64,000 nt of DNA from Methanobacteriota archaeon (GTDB taxonomy: Archaea > Thermoplasmatota > Thermoplasmata > SG8-5 > DAIRED01): positions 1 through 64,000 of the forward strand of contig JAZDNO010000023.1 of assembly GCA_043799545.1 (NCBI GenBank). Direction: 5' to 3'. The notes beneath the pieces were generated by a model. It was not told the DNA's origin, searched no databases, and saw nothing but the letters and a program-made list of their open reading frames with translations. Of this stretch, positions 28,625-36,465 are shown one piece after another; positions within the stretch are counted from its first letter, which is position 1; each line of letters opens with the position of its first letter. Position numbers and translations under genes: made by a program.

Positions 28625-29488
28625 ATGAAAGTCATCGCAGGAACCTCATCGCAAAAGCTCGCATCCAGCCTCTCCACGGAACTCAAGGCCCCCGTGGCCA
28701 ACGCGGAGATAAAGCGCTTCCCCGACGACGAGTGCTACGTGCGCATCCTCGACGACATGAGGGGCAAGGTCGTCGTTGTCGTTCAAAACACGTACCCGGA
28801 TAACAACCTCGCCGAGCACCTGATTCTGCAGGACGCCGCGAGGCACTCGGGCGCTAAGAGCGTGATATCCGTGATACCTTACTTCGGCTACGCCCGGCAG
28901 GACAAGCTCTTCCGGTCGGGGGAGGCGGTAAGCGCGCGCCTGATGGCCCGCGTGGTCGAGGGGAACGCTGACGCCACCATTTTAATAGACATACATAATA
29001 TAACAACGTTAGAAGAATACCGCAAGCCCGTCGCAAACGCTTCGGCGATACCGTCCCTCGCCCGATTTTTGGCATCGAAGGAGAGCATAGACGCGGTCCT
29101 CTCGCCGGACAAGGGCTCGCTCGCGAGGGCGGGCGAGGCCGCGAGGCTGATGAACTGCAAGTTCGACCACCTTGAAAAGACGCGCATCGACGGCGCGACA
29201 GTCGTCGTAAAGCCGAAGGAGCTTGACGTCGCAGGGAAATCCGTCGCAATCGTGGACGACATCATCGCGACGGGAGGGACCATCGCCGCGGCCACGGCGC
29301 AGCTGAGACAGTGCGGGGCGAAACGGATTGTCACGGCATGCACGCACGGACTTTTCACGGGCGGAGGCCTGCAGAGGCTGCAGGGCGTTTGCGATGCGGT
29401 GTACTCTTCGGATACGCTAGAAAACGAGTCGACGGCATATTCTCCCGCGCACGAAGTGGCGAGGGCTATCAAATCTATATCTATATAA
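28625..29488 (+). CDS. prs: Ribose-phosphate pyrophosphokinase
   Basis: KRFPDDECYVRI, IPYFGYARQD, SPDKG, VDDIIATGGT and CTHGLF motifs. Confidence 0.96.
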   Translation: MKVIAGTSSQKLASSLSTELKAPVANAEIKRFPDDECYVRILDDMRGKVVVVVQNTYPDNNLAEHLILQDAARHSGAKSVISVIPYFGYARQDKLFRSGEAVSARLMARVVEGNADATILIDIHNITTLEEYRKPVANASAIPSLARFLASKESIDAVLSPDKGSLARAGEAARLMNCKFDHLEKTRIDGATVVVKPKELDVAGKSVAIVDDIIATGGTIAAATAQLRQCGAKRIVTACTHGLFTGGGLQRLQGVCDAVYSSDTLENESTAYSPAHEVARAIKSISI

Positions 29489-29660
29489 AACGCCCCCCCT
29501 GCCGTTCGAGGGATGTACCAAATCCTATTTAAGTAGTCTCGGGCTTTTCATGAACAATGTGTGCAAGGGCTCTACCTAAATCGTTATATAGGCGCGTGGG
29601 ATTACACGGCCGGGGGCTAATAGAGCCGTTTGTACCGATAGTTGGATAGGAGGAAAAAGA

Positions 29661-32600
29661 ATGAATACTAGGACAATAAAGGGAGCAAGCCTGATTGTGG
29701 TGGTCGCTATGGTGGCCATGGTTTTCGCTGGAGTGCAGATTCAGGCGGCGCCCGCCGGAGCCTACACGAGGTACGGCGACGGCGGTGCCAACGTCGCACC
29801 TGCTAGCACAACCATCTCGGCTTGGATAGATGGAGTTGAGTACGGGTTGAACACATCGTCCGTAACCGGAACCTACACGATTGAAACCGCTGGTGACGAT
29901 ATATTCGACACGACAATGAAAATCGGCGGCCTGAACGGGGAGACAGTCCGTTACGTGCTTGGAACCGAAAGGCTGATGACCGGCCAGTTGAGCCGGTTTG
30001 CGACCCAGAACGCGGCATTTACCGCCTGGGGCATCACCCTCGGCGCCCTCACTGAGGCAGCGGCCGGAAGCCAGGCGAGGCTGTTGAAGATAAACAACGT
30101 GTCTTCGCAGTCCACGTTGGAATCCGCAGCCGGAGTACCAAACGATTACATAGTCATCTGGAACCCCGCAGGGGCGACAATCGACATCACGACATACTCA
30201 ATCGCCGTCGGAGCCGCAGCTGCGCAGCCGATAATCGCCGGCGACATCTGGACGTACAGGATGTACGCCTGGACGACCAACCCGGTCCCCGTGAGCGGCT
30301 TCATCGCCATCAACATGGCGAAGTGGGGCGGGCTCGCCACAGCCGGCAACTCGATAAAGCTCATCCACACGGCGACTGGATTCATCGTCGACCGCGTCGA
30401 ATACGGCAACATCGCAGACCCCCAGAACACGATAATGACGAACGCGACTGCACCCGGTTCGGCCCAGCAGATCCGCAGGACCGCCGCCGGCGCAGACACG
30501 AACTCGTGCAGCGTAGACTTCTCCGCACCGGTGGCCCAGTGGCTGCCACAGGATTTGATTGCACCGACGGTCAATGCGGGCTCTGACGAGACGAGGAACG
30601 CCTTGTTCTCAACGACGGCCGGCAGGGTAACACCTGCGAGCATTACCGACACTGGCGGTTCAGGAGTATCCGCCGTCGTCTCCTGGACTTCCGTCCCGGC
30701 GGGAGTCGTATTCGGAACCCCTGCTTCGCTGACGACTACGATAAGCGCACCTGCTGGCAACGGAGTAACATACACGATAAGGCTGACTGGATATGACAAT
30801 GCTGGCAACAGCGCGTGGGACGAATTCACGCTGCTCTGGGACACGGTCGGTCCGACAGTGAACGCGGGCTCCGACGAGACGAGGAACGCCGTGTTCTCAT
30901 CGACGGCCGGCAGGGTAACACCTGCGAGCGCGTCTGCGACGGGAGCCGCAATCACGACCTACGCCTGGACATCTGCCCCGGCTGGCGTGATATTCGGAAC
31001 CCCGGCAGCGTTGACGACGACAATCTCCGCCCCGGCGGGCGAAGTGACGTACACGGTCAGGCTGACGGTCACGGACGCAGCCACCAACGCGGTGTTCGAC
31101 GAATTCACGCTGCTCTGGGACACGGTCGGTCCGACAGTGAACGCGGGCTCTGACGAGACAAAGGACGCGATATTCACCACGACCGTGCCTGCGGACAGGA
31201 CGGTCATCTCAAGCGCATCGGCAACTGGCGCTCCAATCTCGACCTACGCCTGGACAGCAGCCCCGGCGGGAGTCGTATTCGGAACCCCGGCAGCGCTGAC
31301 GACAACGATAACCGCAGCAGTCGGCGTTTACACGGTCACACTGACGGTCACTGACGCTGCAGGCAACGTTGTCGCGGACTCGTTCCAGCTTACATGGAAC
31401 CCGCCTGCGACCGCATGGGCGACCGCGACCGGACCGACCGGAACCGGAGCAGTCGGAATCACAATAACGTACACGTACTCAGTGGCCCCGGCACCGACCT
31501 CGGTCGACCTCTACTACACCCTGGATACGGTTTCGCCATGGACATGGGTCTGGGCGGTCAACGACGCGCCAGTCGACGGCAGCATAGCTTATGTACTCCC
31601 GGGCAACGGGGTCTACAGCTTCTACGCGTCCGCAGTCGGCGGCGGCTCAGTCGAGCCGAACCCGCCGGCGCCAACGGATGCGCCGGAAATCGGAACGTAC
31701 ACTGTTGGCAGCTCCAAGCTATTCGGGCCATCAGCACCGTTGAACGTCAGGATATGGCTTGTGGGCTCGCAAGCATTGGCGACGGCCGTCAACATCTCGT
31801 GGAACGCCGTGGCCGGCGCGACAGGGTACAACATCTACCGCGGAACCACGCCCTACTCGATAGACTTCGGAACGCCGCTCAACGGCGGAGTGCCGATAGT
31901 GGCGCTCCAATACGTTGACGCCGGAGCCATCGCAGGCTCGGCACAGTACTACTACTCGGTCAGGGCAATCGCCGGAGGCGTCGAGAGTGCAAGCAGCGCA
32001 ACCGTAGGCAAGTACACGATGCCCCTTCAGATCAACTACAACGTCTTCGGCATACCGCTGGAACTATTCCCGGAGAGGACTGACTACCTGGGGCACCTCA
32101 TGTGCGACTGGAGGCTAATCAGGGCGACGAGCGTGGACAGGGTACCGAACGCGACGACCATCTTCACCTTCACCTACGCGACGCAGTCCTGGAAGTCCAG
32201 GTCTTCCACCACACCTGACGCAATCGCTCACGTGGCAATCAACCCGCAGGAGGACGGCATTGAGATATTCATGCAAGTGGCCGACAGCTACACGTGGCTG
32301 GGAACCCCCGCAGAACAGGTACGCAAGGCCAACTTCACTGGCGTGACCCCGCTGGCGGCACCCGCGAACTTCAAGGTACGCTGGGCCGGAGTATTGGGCG
32401 GCAGCAACAACGACGTGAGGCTGACATGGGATGCGGTACCCGGCGCGGACCACTACCACGTCTACACATCGACGACAAGGTCACTGGCCAACTTCAACTT
32501 CGTGGCAGCCCCCGCATATTCCGGAGTCGCATTGACCTGGGACGACGCGGGAGCCAACACGACTGTCGGAGCAAAGTACTACATCGTCGTCGCGGTTGAC

Positions 32601-32939
32601 GGCGATGGGGACCTGGGAGACTCCGCATACGCGGTCGGCAAATACACGCGCAGCCTCCTGAAGAACTACAACGTCTTCACGACGCCCTTCGAAGTCTTCA
32701 GGGGCAGGGCAGACTACTTGGGACACCAGCTCTGCGACTGGAGGCTCGTCAGGGCCACGAGCCAGGACAGGATACCGCTCTCCACGACCATCTTCACCTT
32801 CACGTACGCAACGCAGTCGTGGAAGTCCAGGTCGTCCACAACACCGGATGCCATCGCTCACGTCCAAATACCGACAATGGGCTCGGGAGTCGAAGTATTC
32901 TTGAGCGACCCCAGCACATACACGTGGCTGAGCACCTAA
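29661..32939 (+). CDS. Large secreted surface (S-layer-like) protein: lamin-tail-like domain, 3 PKD-like repeats, two FN3/GYN units
   Basis: AGGAGG SD, signal peptide, LTD-like LKINNV...IVIWNP...VDRVEYG, three PTVNAGSDET repeats, and a C-terminal ~400 aa paralogous to 25397-27175. Confidence 0.85.
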   Translation: MNTRTIKGASLIVVVAMVAMVFAGVQIQAAPAGAYTRYGDGGANVAPASTTISAWIDGVEYGLNTSSVTGTYTIETAGDDIFDTTMKIGGLNGETVRYVLGTERLMTGQLSRFATQNAAFTAWGITLGALTEAAAGSQARLLKINNVSSQSTLESAAGVPNDYIVIWNPAGATIDITTYSIAVGAAAAQPIIAGDIWTYRMYAWTTNPVPVSGFIAINMAKWGGLATAGNSIKLIHTATGFIVDRVEYGNIADPQNTIMTNATAPGSAQQIRRTAAGADTNSCSVDFSAPVAQWLPQDLIAPTVNAGSDETRNALFSTTAGRVTPASITDTGGSGVSAVVSWTSVPAGVVFGTPASLTTTISAPAGNGVTYTIRLTGYDNAGNSAWDEFTLLWDTVGPTVNAGSDETRNAVFSSTAGRVTPASASATGAAITTYAWTSAPAGVIFGTPAALTTTISAPAGEVTYTVRLTVTDAATNAVFDEFTLLWDTVGPTVNAGSDETKDAIFTTTVPADRTVISSASATGAPISTYAWTAAPAGVVFGTPAALTTTITAAVGVYTVTLTVTDAAGNVVADSFQLTWNPPATAWATATGPTGTGAVGITITYTYSVAPAPTSVDLYYTLDTVSPWTWVWAVNDAPVDGSIAYVLPGNGVYSFYASAVGGGSVEPNPPAPTDAPEIGTYTVGSSKLFGPSAPLNVRIWLVGSQALATAVNISWNAVAGATGYNIYRGTTPYSIDFGTPLNGGVPIVALQYVDAGAIAGSAQYYYSVRAIAGGVESASSATVGKYTMPLQINYNVFGIPLELFPERTDYLGHLMCDWRLIRATSVDRVPNATTIFTFTYATQSWKSRSSTTPDAIAHVAINPQEDGIEIFMQVADSYTWLGTPAEQVRKANFTGVTPLAAPANFKVRWAGVLGGSNNDVRLTWDAVPGADHYHVYTSTTRSLANFNFVAAPAYSGVALTWDDAGANTTVGAKYYIVVAVDGDGDLGDSAYAVGKYTRSLLKNYNVFTTPFEVFRGRADYLGHQLCDWRLVRATSQDRIPLSTTIFTFTYATQSWKSRSSTTPDAIAHVQIPTMGSGVEVFLSDPSTYTWLST
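30565..31400 (+). repeat. Three tandem ~93-aa PKD-like repeats containing a 53-bp exact duplication
   Basis: gacgaattcacgctgctctgggacacggtcggtccgacagtgaacgcgggctc occurs at 30819-30871 and 31098-31150 (period 279 nt). Confidence 0.9.
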
Positions 32940-32948
32940 GCGTAAAAG

Positions 32949-32972
32949 GGGTGGGCCCGAACGGGCCCACCC
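32949..32972 (+). terminator. Perfect GC hairpin after 29661-32939
   Basis: gggtgggcccg-aa-cgggcccaccc, 10 nt after the stop codon. Confidence 0.6.
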
Positions 32973-33069
32973 TCCTTATATATTTAAAGTCCTAGGAATA
33001 AAGGCATATGGACATGACAAAATATCTAGAAGGGAGGCAATAGGAGAAAATAAGATAGGAGATGAAAAA

Positions 33070-36000
33070 ATGAAAACAAGAGTAAAGGTATTGGCAACTG
33101 TAATGGCGTTAGGGATGTTGCTGAGTGTTTTTGGAGCACTCTCCGCTCGCGCAACGTGGCCGACCCCGTATGGTTTTGAGGGTATGGTATACCTCACAGA
33201 CGGCTCGACACTCCTTGACGGGGAAACAGTAGCGAGCTTCGACATAATAATCTGCGTGGACCAGGATTCGGACTTAACTGTTTGGAACCCGGGCACTGGA
33301 TTGCCAGCAGACGAGGCAGTGAACTGTTTCAGTGACGCAGGAATGAATGGCTATGTTCCGTGGATAGACGACTCGAACATGCCTGGGGCGGCGTATTACG
33401 CCACCACATTCCAGGTTGGACAGCCTGGGAGCGTCGGCGACACGTTCCGCGTGTGGGTCAACGGCTCGAAGTTCGGGTCCGTCGTCTCGCAGGACGGATA
33501 CGTCGGAGCCCTCGGGGCGACGCCTCAGGGAGACGGAACATACGCAGCGATAGACTCGACGTTCACATTCGGAGCTGGCGCGAGCATGTGGTTCGACTTC
33601 CAGATTCCGGGACCAGGGTTTGCACCAGACCCGACAGCGACTGTATCGAGCCTGGCCCCAGTGTCACCATCGGCTGACAACACGCCCGCCGTAACCTACA
33701 CCCACGCAAACAACCCGGCATCCGTGACCGTTTACGCATGGGACACCGCAGGACCGGGTCCATGGGTCGCAGTAGGGACCGATGGGACAGTAACTGGACC
33801 GCCGGACACGTTCGATACGAACGTAATGGCCGCCGGAACCTATCTGTTCACGGCCATACCGACTGGCGGAAACCCGACTGACCCGGTTCCAACGGTTGTT
33901 GGAGACTCCGAATTCGGACCGTACACCATCTTACCCGCGGGCGACGTAGTCCCGCCGGACACAACAATCGTCAGCGTACTGCCGGCCTTCGTCGGTCAGT
34001 GCCCCAACACGGTTACAATCACCGTGTTCGGTGACGACACGGGAACGGGCGGTTCAAACATCCTGTCCGCACAGTACCGCATCGACAGGAACGACGACGG
34101 CGACTTCAACGACGCATTGCCTGCATGGTACGGTCTGGACGAGGCCTGGCACGCTGTGGACGACACAGCCACGGCAGCAGGGCCGACAAGGACATTCACC
34201 GAGGCCATAGACCTCCACAACTGCACGATAACCGCCGGAACGTTCAACATCGAAGCCCGCGCGGCTGACGTTGCAGGTTACGACGCAACACCGGCATCGA
34301 CGAACTTTGCCATCGCTGACTCAACATCGCCGGTCAATGCAAGGATCGCACCGACCCCGACCGACGGCAACATTAGAGCACCTGGCGACACCGTAATAAG
34401 GATAACGGCCACAGACTTCAGGATGACAACAGCGCTGATAACTGTGACAGCACCCACCGCTTCGGTTGTCAATGCCCCAATGACACAGATAAACTGGGCA
34501 AAGGGCTCGAACATCGTCACCTTCGAATACACGATAACTGAGAACACCGATGGCGCAGTAACATGGTCCGTAGACACAGACGACGGCCCCAACCCAGCCA
34601 CGACGACCGCCGGTTTCTACACAGTCCAGAGCGGAATGCTCGGACCGAACGCGCCCTACAGCATCGCTGGCAGGGTCTTCCAGTACAACGGTGCGGCAGG
34701 CCTCTACAACCCATTGATACAGGACAACGCCAATGTCATAGTGCAGACTGTGAACTTTACTGGCGATCTGAAAACGTACGGCCCGCAGAACACTGACGCG
34801 GCAGGCAACTTCTTGTTCACCGTGCAGCCGGTCGACCAGCTCGTTTGGGGCAACCCGATATTCGTGCAGGCGACCAACGCTGGCGGAATTGCATGGATGG
34901 GCTGGAACCAGTCGACAATCGTGCTGAACAGCGCGAGCTCGTTCTGCAACGTCACATACGGCGTCCCATACAACCTGACGGTCACGGCGGTCGCAGACTG
35001 GACGCTCGGTGAAATCATCGGCGTCAACGCAGTCGCGCCCGGCACGGCAGTCCAGGTAAGGGTTGAAGTCTATGACAACCGCTCGCTCATGGCAACCGGT
35101 TACTACGGCAACCTGAGAATCGACACTAACGACACGAACGCTGCGGTCCTAGTCTGGGGCGGCGCTGACCCGAACAACATAGCGTTGGACGGAGTCGGCG
35201 GTGGATTCACAGACGGATTCTACGACAACACAGTGCAGCTCTGGACCCCGAGGCCATTCGGCTGGGGAGTCTGGGTCAACGACACAACCGGCGGCGACAA
35301 CTCGCTGGTAGACGCGTCGGCGGCATTCCTGCTGCCATACGCGGCAGTCAGCGTCACTGACAACACGCACATACGCATAGTCTCCGGCGGAATAATGTGG
35401 ACCCTGTCGGTAGGATGGAACCTCGTTTCGCTCACCAAAGGCTACACCTTGTCCGCGTTCAGCGCATTCGAGGCAACCCAGTACATCGAGGACGCCAGGG
35501 TCAGGTATGGCCTTGGAGCATCCGCGATTGTAATGGCGAGCCTGACGAACGGTCAGCCATCGACAATCAGCTACGACACATACACCTACGGACCCGGTGG
35601 ATCGGACTTCTTGATCAACAACGACATGGCCTACTGGGTCTACGTCGATGTCGCCATACCGATGGTCTACATACCCTGCAACGACATCACACTGCCCAAC
35701 GACGCGACCGTCGGCATAGTGGCCAACGTCAACACCGTGACACTGCTCGCTGGCTGGACGATGGTCAGCACCGGAATGAACGAGGCAAGCAACGTCTTCG
35801 GTGTGGGCGTCAACGCTCCGCTGCTGTCTGATATCGATGGCAACCAGGGCAACGGCGCGGCCGGCTCCAGATTCTGGACCGGTGGCAGCTGGGTTGCGGG
35901 CGTACACTATGCGTGGTACGACCAGCCCGGTGGAATCGCAGACTCTAACACGGGAGTCGACTACCTCACTGGAGGCGTCGTGCTTTCGTCTGCGGCAGCT

Positions 36001-36165
36001 TGGAACCCGGCAGCACAGACCTACCACACATGCGTCTACGATGCGTGGTTCGGACTGTGGGATTCCGGTCTCGGGTACAACAACTACGTCGACCAGGTGT
36101 ACTACGCGAGCGGATTCTGGGTGTACTCTGCAGGTGGAGCAATAACGTACAGCGTGATCGCTTAA
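33070..36165 (+). CDS. Large secreted surface (S-layer-like) protein: domain X, Ig-like modules, divergent C-terminal GWN domain
   Basis: AGGAG SD, signal peptide, PYGFEG domain X, C-terminal WTLSVGWNLVS...YWVYV...LLAGWTMVS...GFWVYS; strong preference for C-ending codons. Confidence 0.85.
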   Translation: MKTRVKVLATVMALGMLLSVFGALSARATWPTPYGFEGMVYLTDGSTLLDGETVASFDIIICVDQDSDLTVWNPGTGLPADEAVNCFSDAGMNGYVPWIDDSNMPGAAYYATTFQVGQPGSVGDTFRVWVNGSKFGSVVSQDGYVGALGATPQGDGTYAAIDSTFTFGAGASMWFDFQIPGPGFAPDPTATVSSLAPVSPSADNTPAVTYTHANNPASVTVYAWDTAGPGPWVAVGTDGTVTGPPDTFDTNVMAAGTYLFTAIPTGGNPTDPVPTVVGDSEFGPYTILPAGDVVPPDTTIVSVLPAFVGQCPNTVTITVFGDDTGTGGSNILSAQYRIDRNDDGDFNDALPAWYGLDEAWHAVDDTATAAGPTRTFTEAIDLHNCTITAGTFNIEARAADVAGYDATPASTNFAIADSTSPVNARIAPTPTDGNIRAPGDTVIRITATDFRMTTALITVTAPTASVVNAPMTQINWAKGSNIVTFEYTITENTDGAVTWSVDTDDGPNPATTTAGFYTVQSGMLGPNAPYSIAGRVFQYNGAAGLYNPLIQDNANVIVQTVNFTGDLKTYGPQNTDAAGNFLFTVQPVDQLVWGNPIFVQATNAGGIAWMGWNQSTIVLNSASSFCNVTYGVPYNLTVTAVADWTLGEIIGVNAVAPGTAVQVRVEVYDNRSLMATGYYGNLRIDTNDTNAAVLVWGGADPNNIALDGVGGGFTDGFYDNTVQLWTPRPFGWGVWVNDTTGGDNSLVDASAAFLLPYAAVSVTDNTHIRIVSGGIMWTLSVGWNLVSLTKGYTLSAFSAFEATQYIEDARVRYGLGASAIVMASLTNGQPSTISYDTYTYGPGGSDFLINNDMAYWVYVDVAIPMVYIPCNDITLPNDATVGIVANVNTVTLLAGWTMVSTGMNEASNVFGVGVNAPLLSDIDGNQGNGAAGSRFWTGGSWVAGVHYAWYDQPGGIADSNTGVDYLTGGVVLSSAAAWNPAAQTYHTCVYDAWFGLWDSGLGYNNYVDQVYYASGFWVYSAGGAITYSVIA

Positions 36166-36181
36166 GCAAGAGCGAAACCTG

Positions 36182-36203
36182 ATCCGCGCCGAAAGGCGCG
36201 GAT
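36182..36203 (+). terminator. Hairpin with GAAA tetraloop after 33070-36165
   Basis: atccgcgcc-gaaa-ggcgcggat (9-bp stem) followed by T-rich sequence. Confidence 0.6.
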
Positions 36204-36465
36204 AAAACCTTTATACATTTCTTATTTCTTCTGGCATAGTGAAAACGATGCGCAAGCTTTTTTAAGGGATGAGCATAAAGTTAATATAGAGAAAGTGCAA
36301 TTCTGAGTTAGACTAGTGGACATTAACATCCGGAACGGTCCGCCAGTGTGTCGTAGGTAGGGAGTGTCATGGAGTGTCGTGAGAAAGGGGCTGTGAGCCC
36401 CGCCTTAGCCAGCATGAGCCTTACAGTTGTTGTACCAGTGACCGTCATCGACGGAGGTGCGTTAC

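Noticed and set aside
23544-36165. Diversity-generating retroelement as the source of the paralogous segments
   Set aside because: No reverse transcriptase, and differences between copies are not adenine-specific by inspection.
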